From the NCBI RefSeq assembly GCF_009914755.1, contig NC_060927.1: 64,000 nt of DNA; one strand, 5' to 3'. The notes below the pieces were generated by a model that ran no database searches, was not told the DNA's origin, and saw nothing but the letters and a program-made list of their open reading frames with translations. Made by a program: the position numbers and the translations under genes. Numbering within the stretch: position 1 is the first letter of the stretch; each line of letters begins with the position of its first letter. The DNA comes from the human T2T-CHM13v2.0 reference genome, Homo sapiens. Shown piece by piece: positions 27,750 through 42,935 of this stretch.

Positions 27750-28150
27750 CCATATTTAATTTGGCTACATGTATCTGAAAACTCAAACAACAGTGCCTTA
27801 AGTTTAAAGTTTATTTCTCTCTCACATAAAAGAGGTAGGCATATAGGGCCATTCAACAATTAGCTGGCTTCCCTCTTCAAAGTCACCTTCAAGGTGGCTT
27901 CTGAAACTTCATTCATGAAATCTGATTTTCAGGCAATAGGAAGGAGGAAGGGGGAAGGCAAAAGAAAATACCTCTCAAATGAGTCAGATTCTAATAAGCA
28001 GCCCTCCCAGAAGTCCCCCATGCTTAAAATTACATCCCAGTAGTCCAGAACTTTGTCACCTAGCTGCAAGCAGGGCTGGCTTCGATCTAGTCCGTTACAA
28101 GAGTGTATTATAGCCCCATTATGATTTGGGTTCTATTACTAAGGAAGGAA
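27750..28150 (-). mobile_element. Old MLT1 (K/L-like) LTR
   Basis: aaactcaaacaacagtgccttaag..tttatttctctctcacataa..ccagaactttgtcacctagctgcaag. Confidence 0.6.
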
Positions 28151-29079
28151 AGAGTGAATACTCTCTCTTCATCTTAGAAATTACTCTTCTAATTTTCATA
28201 GTGCAGGATTAATTCAGGGTCATTATAACAATCTGAGAGTTTTAAACAACTCAATTTTTAGCAATCAATGAAGTCATTATATAAGTCTAAGATTTAAAGT
28301 CTTTTCCCCCTTCTTGCCAATCATTTGTATTTTTTTCTTAATTGGCTGCTATTTTCAATCAAGTACAATTGCTTTAAAGTGAAGTTAGAGTCACATTCCA
28401 CTGATTAGAGTTGTCTTCTAATGATTAATGAGCCAGTCTTAAATTCACACTGAGCTTATTTGGAACACGATAGCATCGTTCAGTAATGAACTTTTGAGAG
28501 ATTATTTATTTCCCGTTGCCATATTTCTAATCAAGTGCTCATATGCATAATGAATGCTTCAAGAGAAATCAGTTTTTGTCTTGTTTACAAGAAGAGTCAT
28601 TTTAATGGCAAACCATAAGCATGTTGAGATAGATTGTCTAGTCAAACCTGAAAATGAATTAAAATATTTTAAGAATTCATAAACCAGTGAAATATAATTA
28701 TCTTTAAAATTCTAATAAAATCACATGAACCCAGAAATGTAAGACCTTGGAATTCATTTACTTCAACCTTCAAATTAATGTCATGAATATAATGACCAGC
28801 AGGTGGTTCTCTAACATCTTGTGGACACCTTTGGAAGCTGAAAACTTATTACTTCTTGTCAGTCCCTTCCAGATGGCACCAATTGTTAGAACATTTCTTT
28901 ACTAAGCAAAGCCACAAAATATACTTTCCCTATCATCATCTTTAATTTTTTGTCTTCTTCTACCACGCCAGATGCCAGATATGTGTGTATGTGCTAGGTA
29001 TTTATTTAGCAAAATAAGTTGCCATCAATACTGACAGGCATATTACAACAAATTTTCATTTTGGGAAAGGATAGTAAAA

Positions 29080-29850
29080 GTGGTGAAAAAGATTACCAAA
29101 GAGCTAAATAAGTTAGGAAAGAGGATTAAGGGTGACAGATTTGGGAGAGGCAGGGAAGCCTACTTTGATAGGCAAAGTTTGACAGAGACCTGAGGGAAGT
29201 GAGGGTCCTATCTATGCAGATATTTAACTCTTTGCCCACATTTTGGGCAGACAAAACAGAAAGTGAAGAGGCCCTGGGGGAGGAGGTGAGTTTGGTTGGG
29301 TGTGTTTGAGGAATACCAAGAAGACTAGAGTTAGCAGAGCAGAGTGAGTGAAGAGAATATGGTAGGTGATTAAGATAGACAGTGAGGCGGGTTGTGAAGG
29401 GGACATGAAGTCTTTGGAAGGTTTTAACAAAGGAGTGACATGATATTTCTTAGATTTAAAAGAATAATTCTGTCTGATGTGTGAAAAATAGATTATAAGG
29501 CAAGGGAGAAGTAGAGAGACCATTTAGGCTGCTAAGTGGAGATGGTAGCTTATGTCAAGGTATAACAATGTATAAATGGTCTGATTCTAGCTGTATTTTG
29601 AAAGAAGGGCCTATAAGATGCCTAATGGATTGAATGTGCACAAAAGAACTAAATATAGTGAATCAGATTATTTTAACTTGAGCACCTGGAAGAATGACTG
29701 TATCACTTACTGAAGTAGGGAATCTTGGGGAACAGGCACATTTATGCAGGAAAAAATCAATACTTGCTTTGCATTTTATTACGCCATTTAGGCATACAAA
29801 TGAGGATATTCAGTAGGCAAGTAGATATATAAATTAAAATTCATCTGAAC
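29080..29850 (-). mobile_element. L2 LINE fragment
   Basis: gacctgagggaagtgag..tgtttgaggaata..ggaaggttttaacaaaggagtgacatgat..ttgagcacctggaagaatg, typical antisense L2a. Confidence 0.8.
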
Positions 29851-30034
29851 ACCATTAGTCCAATGTCTTTAGAGTTGTTCGATTTATAGGATATCATCTA
29901 TATTGTTTCCTCTTTACTGCTTTGAGAGGGTTGAGCTTGATGATGACAAAACGTTTTTTTCAGGTTATATTTCAATATTAATGATATCATAATCCCAATA
30001 GTACATTGGAAGATTTTTCTTTGAGTTTGTAAAT

Positions 30035-30408
30035 TATAGTGGATACTACAGTGTACCCCACCACCTTCAGGATGAAGGCACTTAGTTACCGAGGGTATTG
30101 AGTGATTAGAGCTCACAGTTGCATCTTATTTGGAGAATTGCTCTTCCTTCTGTAGAGGCTGCCTTGTATATCCCTTCCTCTGGGTGTAGTTTACATCCAA
30201 TGACTGGTCAGTGTGGGAAGGGTAATAAGGCTTGGACCCTTTGCCTTGACTTAAGAACACTCTTTTACAAGTACATCACAGTTTTATTATTCTACTTAAT
30301 TCTTTTCCTTTATTCCTTAGAGGTGCTCCTAGAAAAACTCCCTAATAGATCTCTGACACTCAAGTTTCCATCTCAGAACCTGTTGTTCAGGGAACTCAAC
30401 TTAAGCCA
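30035..30408 (+). mobile_element. LTR16-type ERVL solo LTR
   Basis: cttcaggatgaaggcac..catccaatgactggtcagtg..ccatctcagaacctg..gggaactcaacttaagcca; near-TSD taaat/aaaat. Confidence 0.7.
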
Positions 30409-31929
30409 AAAATATTCTACAAAAGTGAATATTCATAAATAAAATGTTATAAGTTACAAATGTAACAGGAATACTAGTGATTAATTGAATTTGGTATTAC
30501 TTGCATTATTTATTGTAGCTATCCAAGAACACTGGTTAGAGTATTCAATGAGACTACATCCTGTTTAGAATTATTTTACCTAATGTACACTAATCCAGGC
30601 AGAATCAGTCTCATGGCAAATATAGATTTCATTTGCCCTGTATTCTGTTTAAAGCTTAATTAATGATTCATCCATAGACTATCATGCTTAAACAACATCT
30701 TATCAAAATTTATATTGAACAAAACAGAAAAAAATTAACGAAATAACACTTCAATTGCAAATATACCTCAAAACAACATGCTAGATTCATCATTTTTATA
30801 ATGTAAAAATTTCACAAAAGACACTAAGATCAAACTCTCAAAGCTTTTGTTCAGAATATCATCTGTCAATCAAATGCTTCCTTTATGAACACGTTGCTTT
30901 TCATTCCAAAAAATTGACATTTCTATGGTTAAGATTATCCTCTCATTTAAAAATCTCTCCCCCAAGTTCCTGTGTCTTTCAGTATTATTTTTTAAAATAC
31001 GAATAAATGGTCTTTTGATGGATTCAGTTTGTTCACTTGACTACTTACAAACCAGCAAACTTTAAGATAATGTTTCTCCTTTTTTAATTCTTAAAACATT
31101 TAAACCTGCTGACTGCATTTTCTTAACTTTCGTTATATATTTACTAACATTGATTTAAGTTGTTTTAGAAACATGGGAAGAAAAACATGACCAATAAATA
31201 AGACATATACCTGAAACCCCATTACTTCATTGCTTTCAAAAAACAATACCTTTGACTACAGAAACATCTGTTTATCAGCTGCCTAGAAGTTGCCGACCCT
31301 CATTTATTTTGTTCCTTTAGAATTTCAACCTTCAATTTCTTTCATTTTGTTGATAAAGTAAAACTGTATCTTAAAAGAGAAACTAGGCAATGTTATTTTA
31401 TTTAGATTATTTTAAAGTGAAGTACTCTGTTTTCAAATTATATTTCATGAAAAGAAAATGGAAGATTGTTTTTCTAATCTTAGTTTTAATGACTGAGGTG
31501 ATCTTTAGTGTATTGGAGATAAATTTCAAGTTTAAACTGTCTGGCTGAAAGTTCATTGTAGAGGGTTTTTGAGGTTTTCTTTGCAAAGAACCCAAATGAA
31601 AAAAATATGACACGGATTAAAAATAATTTAGCAGATCTATGATATTATGCATCTCTTAAATGGTCTTACAAGTGATTACATAAGCTAGGTTCTTTTTTGT
31701 TTTTATTTAAATTGTAAAATAGGAAAAGTTTATAAGTTTCTTTATTCTAATCTATTCAGTGGCCTAGAATGGTTCCATAAGGCCAGTAAAACTGTAATCA
31801 GTGGGCTGAGCAGAGATTTATTTTTAAAGGAGAGGACTTTTAAAGGGATGTGTTCATGACAGGCCTTTAGCTCCACTATGCGATCATTAAGTATGCATTG
31901 TATGTCTACTAGTGTTCATGATGGCAAAC

Positions 31930-32170
31930 TGAAGGTTAAGTTCAAAGACCTTGGGGTTAAACAATGCTGACTGAGTTCAGGCTCTACTATTTAGGACTGT
32001 GACCATAGCTGTGATCAAGTTTCTATTTCCTCATCTGAGAAATAAGGATAACGACCATGCTAAACTCTTAGGTTTACTGTGAAGTTGAAGTGAAAGTACA
32101 CATATCACACGCCTAACACAGTGCCTGGTGTAGAGTAAGGACTCGGCAAACTTGACCAATTAGTTATTCT
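31930..32170 (+). mobile_element. MIR
   Basis: tttcctcatctgagaaataaggataa..taacacagtgcctggtgtagagtaagg. Confidence 0.75.
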
Positions 32171-32441
32171 CTGTCTCAGGCTCAAGATAAGACATTGTGT
32201 AAAGGCACAGAAAAACAAGAAGACTCAACCCTGAACCCCATGGAGCTTTCTCCCACCCGTCAGACGTTTCCTCCCTGTGAATAGGCATCAGAAAAGCAAC
32301 AGCTCTCGCTTTTACAAAGTAGTTAATTCATACAAACCTGGAATTTTCAAACAAATTTTGATCAACAACAACAAAGCCAATTACTTAAATCCTTGTGTAT
32401 ATATGATTTTTCAATGTACTGCTTTAGAATTCTCACATTCA

Positions 32442-32787
<346 letters not shown>

Positions 32788-32890
32788 TTAAAGAGGAAGA
32801 AATGCAAAGGAGAAAACCCATAAGTAAATCAGAATTATTTTCCCTTTATCATACACAATGAATAACTAACTGAAGAAAAGATTGTCTTTA

Positions 32891-33415
<525 letters not shown>

Positions 33416-34172
33416 TCAATTTTAATTTTAGATCTCAAAAAAGATGAACCATAGCATGAACTGTTAGACAAGGCAAAATAATTCAAAAGGGGCCTTCTTG
33501 GTATTTCAGAAAAGAGGAATTGAGATTTTTTTCAAAAGTTAAATTTAAGAAAAAGCCTGATTATAATAAAAGCTGCTTTTCTTAAGAGATACCATTCAGA
33601 ATTGATTACCTTCTTTCACACGATACAACATTAGATATGATTAGATATGATTGACAAGCATGCCAAAGGCTTCATTCTTCTAGCTGATTATCAACTTTTC
33701 TTCCTGGGAGCCAATTTCAATGAGCTGTTATATTTTGAAGTGCTGTCACAGATTTATTGGAAGGAACTAGAAATGTTAGTTCCTTATGTCTGCAATTCCA
33801 GTAGGAATTCCATGTCTGAGTATTTTAAGTTTAATAATATAATTTTAAAGAAATTTTTAGAACTGTATGGAGAAATGGAGCAGAATTACCACAAATAAAT
33901 ATTTATAGGAAAGCTATAGAACATCAGAACAGTGCTTCCTATAGTCAATCATATTTAACTGCCTGTTATTGTGAATTGATATATGTTGTTGCAAACAGTG
34001 AACTGAATACTAGACTAGCACATAAAAGTCAAATGAAATAGAGTTGTTAATACTTTTTTGAGCAGAAATCGAGTAAGTACTCCTTGTAGCATGAAAGGAT
34101 ACATCTAACTCTTAGAAAATCTATTTTCTGCTGAAGGGAAGGTGTGACCATTTATACAGTTAAAGTTAATCA

Positions 34173-34470
34173 GGCTGGGTGCAGTGGCTCACGCTTCTAA
34201 TTCTAGCACTTTGGGAGGCTGAGGTGCGTGGATTGCTTGAGCCCAGGGGTTCAAGACCAGCCTGGGCAACATGGTGAAATCCTGTCTCTACAAAAAATAC
34301 AAAAAAATTAGCTGGGTATGGTGGTGTGCACCTGTAGCCCCAGCTACTCCAGAGGCTGGGTTGAGAGGATCACTTGAGCCTGGGAGGGCAAGGTGGAAGT
34401 GAGCTGTGACCGCCCCACTGTGCTCCAGACTGAGCAACAGAGCAAGACCCTGTCTTAAAAAATAAAGAAT
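34173..34470 (+). mobile_element. AluJ
   Basis: ttgcttgagcccagg left arm; TSD taaagttaat. Confidence 0.92.
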
Positions 34471-34656
34471 AAAGTTAATTAATCCTTCATGGGACAAATG
34501 AGTCTATAAAAATATCACAAACTAAGGATGTCTAACCTGCATAGAATGTCACTATCTTTCTAGAAGTAACACTTGAAAATTACTTAGGATGGTGTCTGGC
34601 ACATGGTAGATGCTCAATAAATGTTAACTGTATCATCATTTAGAAATGGTATTAGG

Positions 34657-34980
34657 GGCTGGGTGTGTTGGCTTACGCCTGTAATCTCAGCACTTTGGGA
34701 GGCTGAGGCCCTTGAGTTCAAGAGTTTCAAGAGTTTGACACCAGCCTGGCCAACATGGTGAAACCCTGTCTCTACCAAAAATACAAAAATTTAGCTAGTT
34801 ATGGTGGTGGGTGCCTGTAGTCCCAGCTACTCGGGTGACTGAGGCATGGAATCGCTTGAACCCAGAGGTGGAGATTGCAGTGAGCCAAGATCATGCCATT
34901 GCACTCCAGCCTGAGCAACAGAGAGAGACTCCATCTTAAAAATAAAAAAAAAAAGAAAGAAAGAAAGAAAAAGAAAGAAA
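34657..34980 (+). mobile_element. Alu (S/J-type) with (GAAA)n tail
   Basis: Dimer with rearranged left arm; TSD agaaatggtatt/agaaatagtatt. Confidence 0.9.
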
Positions 34981-34989
34981 GAAATAGTA

Positions 34990-35292
34990 TTTAGTTGGAA
35001 GTTAGAAAGATCTAAAAATAAGTGGCTTAAAAATACATTAACTTTTTGCTTATGTACCATGGAGTCCAGAAGCAGGCTGTTCAAGTTTGGTAGTATATTG
35101 ACTACTTTGGCTATATTATATTATCAAACTCTCAGAACACTTCTGTTAAAGTTTACATCCTCAGAACCACCTCATGCTCACAAGACGGCTGCCCGGAGTC
35201 TATTTTTCATATACAAGTGCAAAGAAGGAAGAGAAAAGAAAGGTGGTTCTGCAAAGGGATGAATGCCAGCTGGATACACACACACGTGCACA

Positions 35293-35333
<41 letters not shown>

Positions 35334-35500
35334 AAAGGTTTCTAGAACCCTACCCAACAACTTTTGCCCAAATATCATTAACCTAAACTCAGTCACATGC
35401 CTTCCTTTTTCTTTAAGATGGAAATATTGTATTTTAGCTGAATGCATTGCTAAACATAATGAAATCAAATTTCTGTTGTTAAGAAATAAGGGAAAATTAT
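34990..35500 (-). mobile_element. Old MLT1 LTR containing (CA)n at ~35276-35330
   Basis: aaataagtggcttaaa..ggagtccagaagcagg..cacaagacggctgcc..ctcagtcacatgcc. Confidence 0.55.
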
Positions 35501-35680
35501 ACATTGGTGTTATGTGGGAAATTTACAGAAAAGAATTACATAGGGGAAAATTGGATTTGGGGAGGGAATTAGAAATCTTTCCCATTGTTATTAATGAGAT
35601 TATGTTTATTTGGAAGTTTACGAATAAACTAATCCTTTTTCAGGTGTTTGCTTCTCTGTGGGACTAAAATATTTTCCTTT

Positions 35681-36123
35681 CAGCAATGTGCTGGAGAAGC
35701 CAGCTTATACCTACTTGCAGGAACCAATTGAGAAATTCTTAAGAATTTTGTAAGTCAGTAATGAAACACAGCCATTATTTTAAAAATAAATACTATAAAT
35801 ATGGAATTAAATTATGTTAGAAACAAAGGATAGTAAATACTTAGAACAGCTCACTTCCTAATTTTTTTCTACAATTTACTGTTATCTGTGCTGTTGGCAT
35901 GATGTACATCTATTGTATCTGTATAGTGAAAATATTATGTGATAGAAACCTGTATAATGGTATCTACTGTACCTCTCTTCCCAACTCTGAATTCAGTAAC
36001 ATCACTTTGGTATCTTAAAACTGGCCATATAGGGAATATTTACATCACAGAAGTTGACAAACACTAAAATGAGGGCCCTTTTCCCTGAAGAATAGGTTGT
36101 AAAAATCTACCAGCATGCTTCTG
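35681..36123 (+). mobile_element. MER63 (hAT-Blackjack) non-autonomous DNA transposon
   Basis: Termini cagcaatgtgctgg / ccagcatgcttctg resemble MER63 terminal inverted repeats; internal aacacagccattatt..ggaatatttacatcacag. Confidence 0.75.
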
Positions 36124-36769
36124 CCTTCTAATATTTACAAATACATTTTTAATAGTTTGCTGTATTAATGGTGGCCAGTATAGAGATCAGAGTAGAGATA
36201 AATTTAATGTTTCACTAGCATAACCACATACAGAAGGTTAACCAGTGAGTACATTAAGAGGGAAGGAACTGTTTTTCTTCTATTCATGTCTTGCAACAGC
36301 TCTCATGGGACCACCAACACCACCAGCCAGATATTTCAGCTCCGAGCTAGAGAAATGAATTTTTTGTGACCAACTCCTTGGGGAAATAGGAAAGGAGAGG
36401 AACTGCTACATGTTTTCCCCTGAGGACTAATAAATTTGTTTATGTCTCTTTGAGCATAGAGCACTCATCAGAAAAGAAAAAGATACTTTAAAAAACCCCC
36501 ACAATTCTCCCTCATCGCCTCTTTCATTGCCACTCTTTGAAGCGTAAATAAATGAGGCATTTGGGGCAAATAAATGTAATATTAAGCAGAAAATAAATGA
36601 GACAATATAGTGATAATCATTGAAAAGAGTGATTTATAGCTCCTCTTCTGTATCTAGTATTTAAATTGATCATATTAAATTAAAATTAATTTTTTCACCT
36701 GGAGTATTTTTTCTTTTTGTTATCTACAATTTTGTGTAAACCTTCTGCCCCACTCTCTGGAGTGTAAGA

Positions 36770-37420
36770 TGGTGCCAGAGAGATTTACAGGAGAAAGTAG
36801 TTTAACAACATACTGCTTTGGTGAGGTTATGGGGAATAAAGAGCTCTTCATTGCTGAGGGAAGCGTGAATTAGTATGACCTCTATGAAGAAAAATTTGGC
36901 AACATTTATCAAAACTGTAAATGCATATAGCCTTTGACCCAGCAATTCTACTTTTGGAAATATACTCTCTAGATGTACTTGTATATATATGAAATGATAT
37001 AGGCTCAATATTATTCTTTGTAATATTTTTGCATAATAGCTAATTGTTAGAATAAATGTAAAATCCATCAATAGGAGTGGCTAAATAACCTAAGATTTAT
37101 TTTTGCAGTGGAGTGTTACATGGCTGTAAAAAATAATAATAATCCTAGAAACTATATAGTGAAAAAAACCCAAGAGTTAGAACAGTATGTATAATATACC
37201 TTTTGTGAAAAATAAGAGAAAATAAAAATCTATATTTATATCCTCTTGAATATGCATTACTCTGAAAAGATCCGTAGAATCTAAGAATAGAGATTTCTAT
37301 GTAGAAAAGGAGGTTCTGGCTAGATGAGGGACAAGGTTGGAAGGAAAGGAACATTTTTTACTTTTAACTTTTATAGCTATTCACTTTTTGAGCCATGTGA
37401 ATGTATTATGTACTTAAAAA
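36770..37420 (+). mobile_element. L1ME-type 3' end
   Basis: aatttggcaacatttatcaaaac..gcatatagcctttgacccagcaattctacttttggaa..ccatgtgaatgtatta. Confidence 0.75.
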
Positions 37421-37509
37421 TACCTTAAAGCTTAAATACATAGCTTGCAATACTTAAAGAGAAACTTCCCTTCCATCAACAGAGACGCTGTTTAGTGTGA
37501 TTTAATAAG

Positions 37510-37930
37510 GAGTTCTAGCTGTGAGATGGCTCACTCACTCAAAGATATAAGAGAGGAGAGTTTAGTCATGTGCAGATTTAAGGGAATCAACATAAGAGAG
37601 TGAGACACTGAGGGATTAGCAAGAGCAGAATGCCAGAGACACCACTATTCTGGAAGGGAAAAGGAATGGAGCGGTCATGGAGATGCTGCAGAGACAACAG
37701 CTCTGAACAGAATGCAGCCACTGCCAGGAACAGTGAGGCAGTAAGGAGCAGAAAGAATCAATATCCCAACCTTTCTGTCCTCTCACCCCTGATCTCCAGC
37801 TAGTGACACACAGAAGCCAGAGGATAAGCAAGCCTGGAGTGTACTCTGGAGAGTGGTCATCTTCCTGGGGGACAAAAGAAGACAGAGAATACAGAGAATG
37901 GATCTGGGCAACAAATGAAAAATAATGAGT
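37510..37930 (-). mobile_element. LTR33-like ERVL LTR
   Basis: ttaagggaatcaaca..gagggattagcaagagcagaa..agccagaggataag..ggatctggg. Confidence 0.55.
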
Positions 37931-38884
37931 GCAGGATATCAGGATGGCAATTTGCATCCTGGATGTGTGTGTATGTCCACAAATATAGGTATGTGCTATG
38001 CCAATTGGTTATATTGGGACCAACGTTTACTTCTTCACAGTAGGCTAGGACAATTCGCTCACATTCTGCCACTGCCAGCACCAAACTCAAATGTTTACAC
38101 ATTTGATTGCTTTAAAGCAATTACCCAAGTAAGTATATTTTTTAGCCATTCAAACAGCCTACTTTGTATACTCCATGAAACTACACCAAATATCTACCAG
38201 TCAAAGATGAAATAAACCCTGGAGTTACGAAAGATGCCAAATCCCTGCTCCTCCTGGCAACTCTGTGACAGAGATTCTCCTCCTTGCTGCTGAATGACAT
38301 CACCCTGACATGTAAGCCTCCTCTCTCATTCCCCTCTAGCTGAGGGTTCCCTTGTCCCCTTGACCTCCACCTCTCTGGGTAGTGGCCCCATCCAGTTGTT
38401 TCTGGCAAGTCTGCTGCCACCAAAAACTTCCCCTCTCTTACAACCTGTCAAAGTATTAATACAACTCAGTAAAGGCCCTTATATACTACTGCCACCTCGT
38501 GCTCATGTTTTTTTCTTGATCAGTCGTCAAATCCTCTATCTTATAACTGCTCAATTCAATTGATATAAGTGAGTAGCTAGTATTCAGATAGCTTTTCATA
38601 AATTATTCAATTTAGTTCTTAAGATAAGCCTGTAGATTAAGTTCTATTATTCCTACTCAAAAGCTAATTGGCTTATCCAAGGTCTGAAGGCCAAATCCAA
38701 ACCCTTCCTCCATACCATATGTAAGACTCTTATTCAATCCCCCGAACCCTCTCATTTTCCCTATCCATCCATTGTTGTCTAGTGCACAATATTTACTATA
38801 CTTTACAATATAATATCGGAAAGGGGGGCATTAGAGTGCTATTCTCAGAAGTTCATCCGATGGCCAGAGGTTAGCAGATTCATG

Positions 38885-38913
38885 AAAAAAAAAAAAAAAA
38901 AAAAAAAAAAAAA
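38885..38913. repeat. Uninterrupted (A)29 tract
   Basis: Direct reading; no attached Alu or L1 body. Confidence 0.95.
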
Positions 38914-40579
38914 GCAACCTAAAGACTTTTTGGATCTTCTGTTTTTAGTAAAGTTATATAACTAACTTTTTGAAAAATCTCCCACTCTAAAACTTTTTAT
39001 GTATGTTGGGTAAAATATGATCACCTTATTTTCAAATGCAAAGCTTGATTCATAAGATGTAGAAGGACATTCCCACAGAATGAGAAACAAAGTAGGCTAT
39101 CATAACACCTGACATCATCTCTGATGAGTATATCTTCAAATCTCTATGTCCCAATGCCTTGGCTTTTTGCAGCTCCACATAGGACAGGAAATGAGGTCTT
39201 AGTACACTCAAAAACGGAGATTTTGAGCAGGGGATCCATATACACCTGAGAGCCATAAAAGGCCACATTCTCAAAGAATAATAGACTTGTAAAATCTGCT
39301 CCCCAGCAAAGAGAAATAATAAGGAAATCAATCACTCTTGGTGTAGCCTCTGGGTTAAAAGTAATCTTGGGGGTTGGGATTCATCTTTCACTTATCTGTA
39401 ATGTCTGATAAACCCCAAACCAGACAATTGACTTTATGTGGTTCTAGACTGATAGAAACTCAGAACACCTGGTAGAAACCAAAGCAAATACTCTCTAAAG
39501 AGATGCCCAGTCATCAGAGACCTCATTGAATTCCCACTGATGAAGCTAGTCATTTAAGTAAATTCACAATCCAAATTACAAAGCATAGAAGGCATAAGGC
39601 CACAATGAGAAAGAGCCAGTAAAACCAAGAAAAATCCAAATTTGACCCTCAAGGGCTTTGGCTATTCAAATTATTGAATGTAGAATGACAAGCACACAAA
39701 CATATAACCACAATTATTGAATAAAAACTAATATAATGTGGTTTTAAGATTCTCAGAATGTTTGATGAGCATAGCATTGCATTTCTTGATTTGTTACAGA
39801 ATGGATAAGGAGATTTTGTGATTCAGTCGTCTGGTGACTAATTGGAATTTGCTTTTTTAAACACATAAGGGAGGGGTGAAAATGGAAAATGTTTATAAAA
39901 CAAATGAAAGTCCTCTTTGAAACTAAAATTATAATAGTAACCCTTAGAAAAGAATTTAGTAATTTGAGAAATAGCATCCTTAAACTTGGTCTCATGGCTT
40001 AACTAGTATTATTTTCTCTGTCTGTAAAATGAAAATTTTAGACCAGTCTATGGGTGAGAGATAAAATGCTTTTTCTCCTCTCTTATATTTCATTTTGCAG
40101 GCTTGAAAAAAAGAAGGTTCTGCTATTTTTGAGAACTCCACTATTTTTCATAGTGGTAAGCTGATAAGTTTCTAATTAAAAACAAACCTAGATCTATCAT
40201 GTTAATATAGAATCATTTCCCAGGTACATTGTTAAGTGAAAAAAACTGAAGATACAGAGCAGTGTCTAAATGTCTTATTTGTGTAAAAAACATACATATT
40301 ATACTTATTTATATTTGAATAGACTATTCTTGCAGGAATATGCAAAAAAAAATGATATTTGTTTGAGGGAAGTTGCTAGTGAATTTAGAGATCTGGAAAG
40401 GAGTAAAACTGACCGTTTTAAACCTCACTTAATTGTTATTTCAAATTTAGAAACTTCGTTAATAGAAAATAGACAAATTCTCTCACTAACCAGCAGATAC
40501 CTTCTTTAGTTAATGATTATGCATTATTTGCCATTCATTTAGGCAATGCAATATCTAACATGTATACTGTATTAAACAG

Positions 40580-40800
40580 CTTGACTATGTTTGCTTAGGT
40601 CTAACTCCTAGCCCACAATTTTTTAGCTTTATGAAGTTGGTCAAGTTACTTGGCCTGTCACTGGCTCAGTTTTGTCTTCTATTTAATGGCCAAAATAACA
40701 AAATTGTGTTAAAAATTAAATAAGCTAATCCATATAAACTGCTTTATACAGTACCTGACACATGGAAAAAAACATAATGAACGTTAGCTCTAATCATTAT
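40580..40800 (+). mobile_element. MIR
   Basis: ggtcaagttacttggcc..ctcagtttt..aattaaataagctaatccatataaa..acagtacctgacacat. Confidence 0.65.
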
Positions 40801-41707
40801 TTCAACCTTGCTGATAATTTTCCAGTTCCTACATTTCAAACACCTGCATGTACTTGAAATCTCAAAAATGGTCACTAATTAAAGTGGAAAGTTTTAATAC
40901 ATTGTAGGACACTGTTATTTGACAATTATTACAGATTCACTTTCAAAACTTCTTTTGTCAGGCATATTTTGAAGATGACAGAACCAGACTGAAATATCAG
41001 AATAAGATCAATATTGTTGCCTCACATAAATGTTTGGTCTTCAGGCTATATACCATCTGATGAGCACCTGCACATAAACATTACATTTCACAGTTTGCCA
41101 AATATTTCATGAGTATTAGGAAGTGCATCCCGTAAACAAGAAAATAAAATATGCACTTGGTTTATGAAATCATATCATTATTCCATTTGAAATAATAAGT
41201 GAATGAAATCCTTCAGTAATATCAGTTGAGAGAAAGCTTGGCTTCCAGATAATTCAAATTTATTATTTTACAAGGACAAATAAGATTAATTATCAAACAG
41301 ACAAAAATACCAGACTTCACAGAAGACCATAATTTCTTCCCAAAAGACTGATTTACATTTGAAGCCAAATTGTTACAGAATGTTCAGTTTATAAAGTATT
41401 TCTTCTGAGCCCAAGGAGTTGGGTGATTTTTAGCCACCTGACAACCCTCTTCTCGGTGGAGAACATACTTTGACTTTCCTTGACTATTCAACAGAGCTAG
41501 CAATCTATGGATTAAATTTTATTCTAGGGTTTTTGTTGTTGTTGTTTTTCCATTTAGCATTAGTTAAAAATTATTTCTTTTGCACGTGGTAATGACATTT
41601 ACTTTGCTTCAGGTGAGGCATGCTGATAAGCTCAGATGTATTTCCTATTATTACTTGAATATGTAGATAAATGTTTTAATAAACTAGATGTTTCTTAAAT
41701 ACCTCTC

Positions 41708-42238
41708 TACTAGTTTATTATTGCTACCTCACAAATTTCCACAAACATAGTGGCTGAAAACAACGTAAATTTATTGTCTCACAGTTTTCTTGCTACAGGA
41801 ATCAAGGTATGGGATAACTGGGTCTTTCGCCCAGGGTTTCACCAGATTAAAATCAAGGTTCGTGTTAGGCCTGCAGTTTCATCTGAGATGCAGGGAAATT
41901 GTCTTCCAAGCTCACTGGTTGTTGGCAGAATTCATTTACTTATGGTTGTAGGACTGAGGCCTTCAGCTCCTAAAGGCCTACCATTACCAGCCGTAAGGCT
42001 TTCTCCACAAGATGGTGGTTTGATTCTTCCAGGCCATCAGAGGAGCATCTGCTACTGCCTGGAATCTCTATCTCTGGTCTGTCACAACTGAGTTTTATTT
42101 AACTTAATCTAAACAAAGGACTGGCTACCCTGTATATTCATAGATGCCACCCACTCTCAAAGGGTGGGTGGGGATTATACAGGGTTGTACAAGGAGAGTG
42201 GGAATTTCAGGGGTGATCTTCAAATCCTGTCTGCCACA
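41708..42238 (-). mobile_element. MLT1 (E/F/G-like) MaLR LTR
   Basis: ccacaaacatagtggctgaaaacaac..tttattgtctcacag..gttgttggcagaattcattt..ctgccaca. Confidence 0.8.
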
Positions 42239-42534
42239 CTGACTATTTACTGGGTATTAAGAGGGTGAGAGCAAAAAGGAATATATTTGACTTGATCTGT
42301 GATTGCACTGAAGCAAAATCTCAATCTAAATTATGGTACAGCCAGCTGTTGTCACCCCCAAGTTTTCCTACAAAAAATTTGGTCTTTAAATGGTGGTTAA
42401 ACATGGTTTTGAAATTGGATTTGCAAAATCAGAATTGAGGGGTGCCATGAATATACATTGGAGAGAAAATAAGGCTTATGGATTCTAGAATTATGCTTTT
42501 TTTTTTTTTTTTGGAGGAAAACATAGCTTGTTGT

Positions 42535-42935
42535 TGTATTAGGTCATTCTTGCATTGCTGTAAAGAAACACCTGCGACTGAGTAATTTCCAAGAAAAGAG
42601 GTTTAATTGGCTCATGATTCTGCAGGGTATACAAGTAGCATACCACCAGCATTTGCTTCTAGGGAGGCATCAGGAAACTTAAAATCATGGCAGAAGGCAC
42701 AGGGGTAGCAAATGTCTCACATGGAGAGAGAGGGAACAAAAGAGAGACTGGGGGCAGGAAGTGCCATACACTTAACCAGATCTCATGAAAACTCACTCAC
42801 TATTGCAACGACAGCACCAAGCCATGAGGGATCCACCCCCATGAACCAAACACCTCCCACTAGGCCCCACATCCAATACCAGGGATCACCTTTCAACATG
42901 AGATTTGGACAGGGACAAATACCCAAATTATATCA
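42535..42935 (-). mobile_element. MSTA/MSTB solo LTR
   Basis: tgtattaggtcattcttgcattgct...ccaaattatatca; perfect 5-bp TSD gttgt. Confidence 0.93.
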
